64,000 bases of DNA, from the NCBI GenBank assembly GCA_030704615.1, contig CM060731.1:45756001-45820000 (forward strand), written 5' to 3'. Both the position numbers and the translations under genes were made by a program. This document shows positions 52,236 to 64,000 of this stretch, piece by piece. This DNA comes from Takakia lepidozioides (Eukaryota; Plantae; Bryophyta). The stretch's first letter is position 1. Every line of letters starts with the position of its first letter. The notes under the pieces were generated by a model. That model was not told the DNA's origin, did not search any database, and worked only from the letters and a program-made list of their open reading frames with translations.

Positions 52236-53619
52236 AACTAGGGTAACATGTGCCGTTGGTCCAAGTGTATCCAGTATCATCTAAGTCCAAGTGCAATCCC
52301 ATATGGTTCCAAATGCATCTACTATGTCAAGGCCCAAATGCAACCTCTAGGGTAGCATGTGCCCCGCCAAAATTTGGACCAATAAAAAATGTCCAAAAAT
52401 TGCATAACTCTCTATGAAGAGTGCATGAAGTAGAACACATTTCAAGTTTGGAGTGCAAAACAGGGAAGAAACTGTGGTTTTGGGTCCAAATGAATTTTGC
52501 TCGCTCCCAAATTTGGCACGCACGTTGCATGTGGAGTCATTACATGCCCCATTAAAAAACGGAATGAAAAAAAAATCATGAGCACGCGAAACGAAGTCTA
52601 ACAGATCTAAAGTAATAGCAGATCCAACGGAATTCATTCAAGGGGTGAACGGATGGTTGCCAATCCAAATCATTTTTGTTTGCTTCCAAACTTTGCCAAT
52701 ACGTTCAAGACACCCTCTTACAGGTCCCGGACTAATATGAGATCAATCGAAATTCATTCGATGGCTCAACGGATGGTTGCCCATCGAAATGATTTTGGAT
52801 CGCTTTGAGACTTGGCCAATATGTTCAATGTACCATGTCAGAGGTCCCAGAGTAATATGAGATCAATCGAAATTCGTTCAATGGGCCAACGGATGGTTGC
52901 CTATCCAAATGATTTTTATTCGCTTTGAGACGTGGCCAGTATATTCAACGTACCATCTGACAGGTCCCAGAGTAATATGAGATCAATTGAAATCGTTGGC
53001 CCAAGTGTCCAGTGTCATCTATGTCCAAGTGCAATCCTCTATGTATCAAGTGACCCCCCTATTTGGGAGATCTGGGGTAGCATGTCTCATCGGCCTATAT
53101 GTGAAGAATTGAAATCTAAGCCCAAGTGCAATCTCTTATGTATGCAAGACTTGCTTCTCCCATGTAGAGGCCCAAGTGCGACTCCAGTGTCCAATGTCAT
53201 CTAAATCCAAGTGCAATTCTTTATGCATCCAGAGACCTTGCAATTTGGGAGATCTCCACCTCATTGTTCCAACAGAGCCCACTTTGCTATTTTTGCAATC
53301 TCCCCTATCGAGGCTTCATATATTGATATATCCACCTTGTTATTTTTCGCAAATTTTCGGCTTGAAATTCCAAATCTCCCACATGAATGGCCAATCATTG
53401 CTCCAAGAAAGTCCACTTTGTTATTTTTCTCAAATTTCCAGCGACCCAAAGTACTTGAAATTCCATATGTCCATATCATGAGACCAAGCCGGTGCACCCC
53501 TCTTCGAGGGCTTTCCAACGGTACCAAGCACCACGGCTAGGGCCCCGCGATTTAGGACATCTCAACTTGACACAACAAAACAAAACAAACAAACAAACCA
53601 TCTCGCTTCATATATTGAT
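52236..53619 (+). mobile_element. Non-autonomous Helentron/DINE-like element (nested starts) with internal ~120-bp tandem repeats
   Basis: Begins AACTAGGGTAACATGTGCC (similar starts at ~52347 and ~53072), three ~120-bp repeats at 52610-52990, (AAAC)n microsatellite at 53574-53598, and a cttcatatattgat end. This layout is typical of DINE-like elements. Confidence 0.5.
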
Positions 53620-53793
53620 TTGTTTTAACTTTTAAGATCCTTGGCCCCTAGACTTTTTTAGGACTGTGAACGCGCGGCGCAAAAATGTTTGATTGGGGAA
53701 GAGGACTTTTTGTCGTTTTTCCATCTCATATTGCTGCTTGTTACTTTTTTTTTCTATAACATAGCCTCACACGGCCATTACTTATTTCTTTCT

Positions 53794-54701
53794 AATACAA
53801 CGCACACTTCCTCGTCTAGACCCCGTGTGATGGCAAGTAGAGCCTACCCGATGTCTGATAATTTTATTGGAGGTTGAGGCTTCAAACCCCGAGGGCAAGG
53901 AAATTACTTTGAAAGACAGTTTCAAAGATCAAAAGCTCAAATCATTGCGTGGTCCCAAGTTCATGGTGTTCGACACTGTCGTTGGTTGCGGGGATCTATG
54001 AATCATTTGAGTCAATAACAAAAAGCAGTATGCTTGATAAGTATCATTGCCGAATTTTGGACTTCATTCAACTCTAAGCAAGTTCAAGATTTTACCGCTC
54101 CTCGATGAACTCAACATTAGAGGAGGGGTGATATCGCGGACATAGCTCAAAAGCATCTAACAAGAATCCAAAATATTGTAGAACCTCCGAGATTTCAAAA
54201 TATTTTAGCACTTTCCAAGACCTTCTAGAACCTTCCAGAACTTTCCAGTACTTTCCAGGACATTCTAGAACCTTGGCAAAATATTCCAGCATTTCCCAAG
54301 ACATTCCAAAACTTTCCAGAACTTTCCAACATTCCAAACCTTCTACAAATTCGAACCCTCTGGAAGGTTCCATAGCAATGATGAAGCTTGATCTTAGGAT
54401 ACATCCCTTAGCTGGAGAAGTTTCTCAAGAAACTTCTTTTGGCTGAAGAAACTTCCTAAGAAAGTTCCTAGGTAGCTAGTACATACAGGAGGCGACACTG
54501 TGAACTTCTCAGTCTCGCCAACACAAGTCTTGAGGTACAATTTAGACTCAACGTCTGGCCTTGGTCATGTACTCTTGTATTACATAAAGTTTGTCATTGA
54601 TTCTTGCTATTGTATTATGACTTGCTCGGACCACATCGGTCTCCTTGTCCAGTCTAGCCTTGTTCGTCGTGCCCGAGTCGATTATTTCTTGTTCCTTAAC
54701 A
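53794..54701 (+). mobile_element. 3' end of a second Gypsy copy: extra coding region, PPT and complete LTR (54132-54701)
   Basis: 53794-54131 aligns with 41552-41892; PPT agaggagggg; LTR contains ttccagaac repeats and ends ttccttaaca. Confidence 0.8.
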
Positions 54702-57456
54702 CCTACAATATACAAGCCCTAACCAAATATGAGATCAATACAATTTTATTTATATGGTGATCAACCACGTGTTCCTCATCGACACAAATTTCTCTTAATC
54801 TCAAATTTTGTGGGTCTGTTGTACCTACCCACATAGGAGCCCTGATCAAATATGAGATCCATCCAAATTTGTTTGCATGAAAGAACGCGTCGTTCCCCAT
54901 TGACACGAATTTATCTCATTCTCAAATTTAATGAGTACATGTTCTACATACCTATATACAAGCCTTGACCAAATATGAGATCTATCAAAGTTTAGAGGGT
55001 GAACCACTCATTCCCCATTGACACGAACTTCAATCATTCCCCATTGACACGAATTTCAATCATTCTCATACTTTGTTGTTCCCCTCGACACGAATTTCTC
55101 TTCTTCTCAAACTCTGCGGGTATGGTGTACATACCTACATACTTGAGCTCTAACCAAATATGAGATCCATCGAAATTTTGTTTGTAGGGTGAACGAGTCA
55201 TTCTCCATCGACACAAATTTCTCTCATTCTCAAACTTTGAGGGTATGTTATACATACCTACATATAAGCCTTGACCAAACATGAATGATGAGATCCATCA
55301 AAATTTGTTTAGAGAGTGAACCACTCGTTCCCCATCGACACAAATTTGATCATTCTGATACTCCGTGGCTATGTTGAACATACAGGTCTAGATAAAGCCC
55401 TGACCAAATATAAGATCGATAAAAATTTGTTTGCAAGGTGAACGAGTCGTTCCCTCGACACGAATTTTTCATCTTCTCAAACTTTGTGGGTATGTTGTAC
55501 ATACCATCAAGAAAATTATTTGCAAGATAAACGACTTGTTCACCATCGACATGAATTTCTCTCATTCTCGGACTTTTTTGGTATGTTGTATGTACCTATA
55601 AACAAGCCCTGACCAAATATGAGATCCATCGAAATTAATCTAGAGGGTGAACCACTCGTTCCCCATCAAACACAAACTCCTCTTCTTCTCAAACTTTGTG
55701 GGTATGTTTTACATATCGATATACAAGCTCTGACTAAATATGAGATGCAGTGAAACTTAATTGTAGGGTGAACGAGTCGTTCCCCATCGACACGAATTTC
55801 TCTCCTTCTCAAACTTTGTGGATATGTTGTACATACCCACATAGAAGCCTTGACCAAATATGAGATCCATCGAAAATTTGTTTGCAGGGTGAACGCGTGG
55901 TTCCTCATCGACGCAATTTATCTCATTCTCAATTTTATGGGTATGTTGTACATACCTATATACAAGCCTTGACCAAATATAAGATCTATCACAATTAGTT
56001 TAGAGGGTGAACCACTCATTTCCCATCGACACGAATTTCAATCATTCTCATACTTTGTGGGTATGTTAAACATACCTACATACAAGCCCTAACCAAATAT
56101 TAGATCCATCAAAATTTGTGAATGGGGTTAATCACTCATTCTCGATCGACACAAATTTTTTCAAACTTTGTGAGTATGTTGAACATACATAAATACAAGC
56201 ACTGACCAAATATGAGATCAATTATACAAACTAGTTTAGATGGTGAACTACTCGTTCCCCATCGACAAGAATTTTGATTGTTCTCAAATTTTGTGGGCAT
56301 GTTGAACATAGCTAAATACAAGCCCTCACCAAATATGATATTGATAAAAACTTGTTTGCAGGGTGAAGGAGTTGTTCCCCACCGACATAAATTTCTCTTC
56401 TTCTCAAACTTTAAAGGTATGTTGTACGTACCTACCAGCTAGAAGCTCTGAGCAAATATTAAATCCATCGCAGGGTGAACGAGTCGTTCCCCATCGACAC
56501 AAATTTCTCTCTTTCTCAAACTTTGTGGGCGGTATATACCCACATACAAGCGCTGACATAATATGAGATCCATCAAAATTTGTTTTAAGGATGAACTACT
56601 CATTCCCAATCGACACGAATTTTAATCATTCTCATACTTTGTAGGTATGTTAAACATATCTACATATAAGCCTTGACTAAAGATGAGATCGATATAAATT
56701 TGTTTGCAGGGTGAACGAGTCGTTTCCATCGACATGAACTTCTCTCATTCTCAAGTTTTGTAGGTATGTTATATATACGTACATACAAGCTCTGACCAAA
56801 TATAAGATCCATCGAATTTGTGAAGATGGTGAACCACTCATTCCCGATTGACACGAATTTTCTCAAACTTTGTGGGTATGTTGAACATACATAGATACAA
56901 GCACCGACCAAATATGAGATCGATACAAATTAGTTTAGAGAGTGAACCATTCGTTCCCCATTTTCCATGAATTTTGATCGTTCTGAAATTTTGTGGATAT
57001 TTATGTATAAGCCCTTATCAAATATGAGGTCCATCAAAATTTGTTTGCAGGGTAAATGAGTTGTTCCCCATCGACACAAATTTCTCGTTTTCTCAAGCTT
57101 TGTGGGTATGTTGTACATACCTACATATAAGTACTTCTAACTAAATATGAAATCCAGCGATTTAATTAGAGGGTGAACTAGTCGTTCCCCATCCATACGA
57201 ATTTTGATCATTCCAGTAATACTTTGTGGATATGTTAAACATACCTACATACAAGCCCTAACCAAATATGAGATATGTATAAATTTGTTTACAGGATGAA
57301 TGAGTCATTCCCATTGACATTAACTTCTCTCTTTCTCAAACTTTGTAGGTAGGTATGTGTACAAGCTCTGACCAAATGTGAGATCCATCACAATTTGTTT
57401 AGAGAGTGAACCACTCGTTCCCCATCGACACAAACTTTCTTAAACTTTGTGGGTAT
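54702..57456. repeat. ~120-bp tandem satellite, about 23 diverged monomers
   Basis: Consensus caaatatgagatccatcgaaatttgtttgcagggtgaacgagtcgttccccatcgacacgaatttctctcattctcaaactttgtgggtatgttgtacatacctacatacaagccctgac. Cut on the left by the LTR and on the right by the CACTA insertion. Confidence 0.95.
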
Positions 57457-57541
57457 CACTAGTACAGAAACTGGTTTTTTTAACGGCTCTTCTCACACAT
57501 TTTGGTGTGAAAAAAGCGCAAGTTCACACCCCCCCTTGGTG

Positions 57542-60500
57542 TTAGGTTAACCTACGAGCGCAATGTTGAATGCAGCTGCTGCCTCCAGTTGGCCTTGGAC
57601 TGCTTCCAAAGCTGCCTTGGAGCTGGCTTCCATCTGCACTTGTTTGTTTTCCATAGCATCGAGGCGAGCTGCTAGTGAACCAATTCCCTGCCCCATCACA
57701 TAGAACACCTCCAAAGTAACAATTCACTACACTAACTGATGAACTAGTAAGAAAACAGAACCAAACAGCAACTAGCAATGGCATGGAAATAACGAATATG
57801 TAATTCACACTAGAATTGGTACTGAGTTTATATACCGTTGTGGCTGCACTGCCTGTACACCCCGAGCCGTAGCCTTTGTCACTCCTAGCGCTACCGGCGA
57901 TCTCCTGCAAACTTGGTGTACGTCCAGTCTCCTTCTCCTGTGATTGGAACAAACTTGCAAGTGTTAATGACTAGCATAGCACACTGCCAACAGTAAAAGA
58001 ATTATCTAGGATAGCGTCAATGACTCCCCCTCAATAAGAGTGCTTAGTTTCTTGCTGGCGCCCAACTCTGAGAAGGCCCCCAAGTAGTAGCAATGTGTAC
58101 TAATTCAATGGTGATAGGAATAGACTCTGAGCTCCAGCCAAAAATACCCAACACATAAAGTTTGTCAATGCAAAACAATGTGGGAACTTCCTATGTTGTA
58201 AGAGAAGTATATCAGTCGTGCTACAACACCGATGATTCCACTGCGACCTGATCGAGATGTATTCTTCACACATCCCCGCGCCTTGACACCATTTGCCTGA
58301 AATTTCTTGAAATCAGTGGAACCCCAACTAACAACTAGTTGTGCCCATGTCTTGTCTGGCACATGATGGGGTTTGGGCAGCCCCACACTATAGTAATTTT
58401 TGAACAGCTTATTTCGTTGGTACTTGAGCTGCCCGCAAATTGTTTCTGTAATAGCCTTTATGTTAAGACCAGGAGGTCCGTATTCCCAATCTGAAGCCAG
58501 GATCTCCATGATCTTTTCAATTAAGTGTAATGGTTGATCCTGAGCATACAATGACCAGTCCAACAAACGTTGACACTGCCCTCGCAGAGCTGTCATCCAC
58601 TGGTTCCGAGCAGGACTTTCAGGGTTTCCAAGTTCATCACAAGAAATGAAAAAATTCCTCCTCCCTACAGCCACATTCTGAGCAGCCTGGTCTCTCAGAT
58701 CTTTTGCAAGTGCCCTTCTTTCCCTCCTTAAAGCATTTTTGCGTTCTATAGGAGTCACACCTGATGTCCCCCCAGGACTAAGGCTGGAATCCTGCAAGGT
58801 TTCAGCAGTACCATGCATGTTACCACCTTCACTCTGTTGGGGCTGGACTGTTGTCTCCCACCCCACAGGATGATGCGGAGCAAATGCATCCTCGGTCTGT
58901 TTCAGAATGCCTTTCCCTTTCAGGGTATTAGGTGTACCTGGAGATGTTGGATAAAGAGGTGGCCGCGGTGCAGTGAAGCTCGAAGGTGCCGGCAGTTGTA
59001 CTCCACTGTAGTTGGATCCTGAAGGTTGGTGGCCACCATACTGGACCTGCCCCTGGTGTGGTCTTGCAGGGCTGGTAGGTTAGAGGGAGGAAGTAGGTTG
59101 GTTGTACATAGGCCGAGGAGGATACATACTATGGGGATGCATGCCATAATGGTGGTAAATGGAATACTCACCTCATTGTTTGGAGGTTGATAGTGAGGAT
59201 ACGGCATGTGCCCATGCAGATTATACCCTGACATGGCAGGATACTGTGGGTACATAAGCGGATACGAGGGAGGAGCCGATACTGGTGGATACAAGGGAGC
59301 TAGAACGTCAGTCTGTGGAGTGGGCGGGGCTGGTTTTTCGTAAGGGGGAACAACCGCGCCACTCATCACAGCAGTTGGCGCAATAGTTGGTGCACACTTT
59401 GCTAGAGTAAGAGACTTATGCTCGTTCGCATCCTTCCCTGCAATTCCCTTCCTTTTTTTGACTGAACTCTGCACACATTGCTCAACAGAAACATGTGAAA
59501 CAATACGACCATACTACTAGGGATGGCAAACCACGTGGGTAGGCCAAGCCCAAAGGCCTATGCAAGAAGACCCTGTCAGTCAGACCTATGGTACAGTCAG
59601 CTGAATCGCATGCCTCATACCAGCGACCCTATGATAAATACCTGAATATTAGGAAGGAAGAACTCACCCTGCTAGATGAATCTGACGTGGAGGCTGAAGT
59701 GTCTAAGGCCATGTCAAAAGCATTAAGAATGTCTGAACAAAACAATGTTAGGCATAAACTTCCCTGAACTCGTTTCCAATTTGTGACATGGGTGAGGACT
59801 TTGAGGATGATCTGAAGGGCAGACCTACCCTTGGCACTAGACTGAAAATTTAACCTCCGGATGGGGAGTCTACCTTTGAACAATAAACAGATGCAGAGAG
59901 GAAAGGGAGATTGTCGATGCTCACTGGTGTGGGTGGTCTGAAGACAATGTCCATTTTGTGATACAAGTCTGGGGTATTCTCATCAGAGAGCGACCCTCTT
60001 CAGGACCATCAAGAACATAGTCCCTGCACCTCTGTTCACCAACTATCAATATCTCAAGGCTGAGTCTAAAGCGGTGGGCCCTGTTGGGGTCTCATTGCTT
60101 GGTAGCCCACATACAACAAAACTGATGAACGTGTGAAGGGCTTTCTAAAAGGAATCTGGAAAGCCTGAACTAATGTTTATAACACGGTAAGTCCTACTAA
60201 TGGAGTGAGCCCCTCATTCTAATGGCAGACAATTAATTAACTGTCTAGAAGATCTTCAGCTTTTCACCTTGAATATCAGGACAAGAGGTGACCAAGTGCA
60301 GTGGACTCGTGAGAAATCCCAAACTGGGGAACGCTCCATTGTGGATTATATCATAATGGACAAAAATTTGTTCCCCCAGTGTGCGAATGTGTTGATCGAC
60401 AGAACTGATATTGCTACCTCTGACCAGTTCCTGGTTTGGAATGAGATCAAAAGGTGTTTTCCCAACACCAAGAGATATGTGAAACATTCGATTCGGAAGT

Positions 60501-61525
60501 GGCGCATAGAAAAACTTCATAATGAGGAGGTCAAGGTTGAGTATGTCCAAGCCTTGCAAGAGGCTCTCCCTCTCGATGCAATCGCTCCAAGAACTTCAGT
60601 CTCGCTCTGATAACGCAAGAAATGAAGTCGAAAGAGCAGGGGACTCTTGGGAGGTTTCGTTTCCTCCGTGGTTGACAAGATCATTGGGATGAAACTAATT
60701 GTCTGTGCTAGAGCTATTAATTGGTGGACCAATGAGATTAAACTCAAGATAGATGAGAGACGAGCCCTCTATAAAGAGTGCTGCAATTTGGAAATCAACA
60801 GAGAATTGTGGGCGAGGTACTACCAGCTCCGTAAAGATATCAATCAGCTTGTTAGGTCTCAGAACCCTAAATTATACTGGGACAAGTTATATAGTGTTTG
60901 AAACTCGGAACTTTGGTGCAGATCGCAAACTTGCTGATGGGTTGGGGAGTTTGCAGGGTGCTTTGCGCGCTTTCTCTTTGTTGGGGCTTCTTTCATCGTT
61001 TCCATCTCTGACTCCGAGCTGGTCTCATTCAAGTCTTCATGTGCGGCATAATCTTGGTCTCGCTGCAATTCTTGCTCTCGTGCCTCCTCTGTGTCTGACT
61101 CCGCTACCACCTGCGCTTCCTCCTCTTGCTCTACCTCTTTCTCCCGTTGTGACATTGCAGAGTGCAGGAGTTGAACTCTGTGACTTCGGCGAGGAGGACC
61201 TGTGTGTTTGAGGATTTCCTCAACGAGGCGTTTAGGGCGACTCAATCTCGCTTCGACGCTGCAAAGAAGAAGAAGAAAGACAATGTCAGCAGCAGCAAAA
61301 CCCTAACATATCCTCTCTGCAGGTTTGGAGCTTTTAATGCGGTTTCATGGCTAGGGCTAGGTAGGGCATATGAAAAAACGCAAGTTCGGACCTCTTTGCA
61401 ATGTCGTAGATCTTCAGTCGTGCGAAGAATGCCTTGTTCTCCGCTTGACGCTTTGCTCGTTCTACCTCCCTCGCTGTAGGCTTGCGCCCTGGTGTAACTT
61501 CTGGACACTCTATGTCTGTCTCCAT
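57542..61525 (-). CDS. CACTA ORF2/TnpA-like spliced gene (Ptta/En-Spm Transposase_24-like region); possibly decayed
   Basis: Phase-compatible exons 61525-61392, 61258-60931 and 59468-59172, then the long frame to ~58200. Motifs EVERAKRQAENKAFFARLKI and PHHVPDKTWAQLVVSWGSTDFKKFQANGVKARGCVKNTSRSGRSG. 3' exons only approximate. Confidence 0.6.
59970..60900 (+). mobile_element. LINE fragments inside the intron of the TnpA-like gene (3'-end piece 59970-60200; endonuclease/linker piece ~60270-60890)
   Basis: 59970-60200 matches 18936-19150. ORF WTR...RSIVDYII...SDQFLVW resembles the end of an APE endonuclease domain, followed by a WWTNEIK linker motif. Confidence 0.7.
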
Positions 61526-61554
61526 TTCCTGACGAGTCTCACTCACTCGCCAAG

Positions 61555-64000
61555 ATGATCCCTCCTACTGCCCATCGATTGCAAAGGCGGACACAAGCAG
61601 AACATGACGATGACAGATTGTGGAAACTACAGGAAGCGCGAGCAAGAAGACTGGGTCTTCGGAAAATTCTATGTCCATGCAATGCCTGTCATGGTGGGAA
61701 CTGGCAAACCATTGGCCGGGCTAAGCGTCATCTGCTTTTGAACTTGCGAGATCCTAACTTGCGAGAACTCCCGGTGCATATCTGTGGATTCTCTTCCCTT
61801 AACCCTGATGCATACTTTGAAATTATAAGAAACAGTTCAAATTCCTGGTAGCGGGATTGTTGTAAGGTGTAGAGTATTGTACATGCCCGTTTTCCTATTG
61901 CCACGTGCCTGTATTATGGCACGTTCCACATCCACCATTTCCAACCCTAAACTCCCCATCTTATTGTGGATTGATATATGGACTGCTATGCTTATAAGCA
62001 GGAAAACTCTGGAGACGAACATGAGGGGTTTAGAACGGAAACCAGCCCTGCAGGTGGTCCTGATACCTTGGATCGTAATCTTGACATGCTTAGAATGCTC
62101 CGGGAGACATTCGCAACTATAGATAATGGGGTGCAAACTGGTGATGCACATGAGGAACCGGGAGATGGAACACAGGGCCACTGGGACACAGATGGAGTGC
62201 CAGAGCAGACTGATGGTGGACTGAAGAGCGATGGTGATCGTGGTGCAGCGAGTGCCTTACGTTTTGAGTAGGAGGCATCCAGGGCTTTGTATGTAGGGAG
62301 TTCTTCCTCTCGATTGTCTGCTACCTTACTACTGTTAAATGCTTGTCAAACCCATGGTGTGTCAAACACCTTTGTCGATGAACTCCTTACATTGTTAGGA
62401 AGACAACTGTTGCCAGCAGACAATTGCCTGCCAAAGTCCCACTATGAGGCAAAACAACTCATAATGGAACTCGGGCTTCATTACGAGAGTATACATGCAT
62501 GTCCGAAAGGTTGTGTGTTGTTCAGAAGGGAGCTTCAAAATTTGGAGGTTTGTCCAAAATGTCAGGCATGTCGTTATGTGGTGGTCCTTCGACATTTCCC
62601 TATCATTCCAAGGCCGCTTCCAATGTATAAAGCCAAATCCATCTCAGAGTTATTGTCATGGCACTTTAAGAATCGAAGTTTGGATGGCTTGGTTAGGCAC
62701 CCAGCAGATAGCAAGGCTTGGGCCCACATTGACCAAAAATGGCCTGAGTTTGCAGCGGACCCCAGAAATCTGCGATTGGGTCTCGCATGGGATGGTGTCA
62801 ATCCTTACAGTGATAAATCTAATAAATGGTCAACTTGGCCTGTCATGTTGGTAAACTATAATCTTCCACCATGGCTGTGTACTAAGCCATTTTTCACGAT
62901 GTTGGCTTTATTGATTCCTGGACCACAATCTGTGGGAAATGACAATGCAGATGTTTATCTGCAGCCCTTTGTGGATGAGCTGAAATTGTTGTGGGAAGTT
63001 GGTGTGGAGGCATTGGATGGAAGTAGCCTAGTGGGGCAACAGTCATTTCGCATGAGGGCCATCTTGATGTGGTCAATCCACGACTTTCCAGCTTATGGGT
63101 TGCTAGCAGGATGCGCACACGGGGGATACAAGGCCTGCCCAGCTTGCGGCCCTAATGTTGATTCCAGGTACTCCAAGGCATGCAAAAAAGTTTTGTATCT
63201 TGGTCATAGGAGATACTTGCCTGCTATTCATCCCTATAGGAATAACTCGTCCCACTTTAATGGACATGTGGAACATAGAGCAGCTCCTATGGTGGTCACT
63301 GCAAGTGAGCAATTTGACCGGGCTACAACCAGAGAGTTGTGTGGTCCCGTGTCTAGCCGTTGGATGTATCCTATGGAACGGTATATGAAGACATTAAAAG
63401 GCTATGTAAGGAATATGAGCTGACCTGAAGGGAGCATGGCGGAAGGGTATGCTTTGGATGAGGCCCTAGGGTTTCTAACTGAGTATATGGCTGAATTTCA
63501 TGCTACAAGCCGAAGGGTGTGGGACTCCAATGAAGAAGACTCAGTTAGTGGGGAGGTGGTTGAAGGATTGGGAACTGTACGAGTCCTCACCATTCAAGAA
63601 TGAGACAGTGCACACGAGTATATTTTGCACAACACAGATTGCATGAAACCATTCCTTGAGTAAGTATGTTGCTTATCATATCCTGTGTGTTTCATTTCTG
63701 CCAATGGTATAAGCTGTAATCCTAATTTGCAATTCTCATTTGGATAGGGCCTATGAAGAGGAGATGGCACTCATAGAAGCATCCCGCACTGAGTTCAGAA
63801 CAGCATACCTTTGTGGACAAGACCAAGACCACCACAATGGAGAAATTCCATACCCAACAGATATGCGCTTACTGGCTCCATTCCATGAATGGATTGAAGG
63901 TGCTGTCCAACGCAAGGTGAGTTCAGGTGAGTCCTATGATTTGGACATATGCCATTTATGTATACCACCAGCAGTATAGTCATTGGGCTTCAAGTCCATG
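61555..64000 (+). pseudogene. CACTA TnpD transposase (Transposase_21/Tnp2 family), inactivated
   Basis: ILCPCNAC..HL associated domain; YESIHACPKGCVLFR, HPADSKAW, DPRNLRLGLAWDGVNPY, STWPVMLVNYNLPPWLC, DVYLQPFVDELKLLW, SIHDFPAY, GPVSSRWMYPMERYM. Stops at 62269, 63421, 63601 and 63977, plus a large internal deletion near 63335. Confidence 0.9.

Larger units (their letters stand above)
57457..64000. mobile_element. CACTA (En/Spm) DNA transposon, left end; continues beyond the window
   Basis: Terminal CACTAGTACAGAAA at 57457 interrupting a satellite monomer after 'tat'; subterminal cacac..gtgtg palindromes; encodes TnpD and TnpA-like genes. Confidence 0.9.

Noticed and set aside
54703-57118. Short ORFs inside the satellite
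   Set aside because: Translations of tandem monomers with no conserved frame.

Overview
Eukaryotic nuclear DNA from a land plant; the PPR motif style, GC-rich introns and repeat types suggest a non-seed plant such as a bryophyte or lycophyte (inference). Five intact multi-exon genes could be spliced by hand with canonical GT-AG sites: mRNA cap guanine-N7 methyltransferase (-), condensin CAP-G (+, head-to-head with it), SUMO E2 SCE1/UBC9 (+), anamorsin/DRE2 (+) and an ARID-ELM2-SANT protein (-). The window also holds a PLS-class PPR pseudogene, many intronic LINE 3'-end fragments, a hAT MITE, a decayed Ty3/Gypsy chromovirus with related LTR remnants, a DINE/Helentron-like element, a ~120-bp satellite, and a CACTA transposon that runs off the right end. 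The most interesting observations are: (1) an unrecognised ~200-codon coding region in frame after the Gypsy chromodomain, conserved by synonymous substitutions in a second copy; (2) a CACTA element whose TnpD and TnpA-like genes are divergent, with start codons only 29 bp apart; (3) an 85-bp structured mini-element whose flanking direct repeat is complementary to its own internal sequence.
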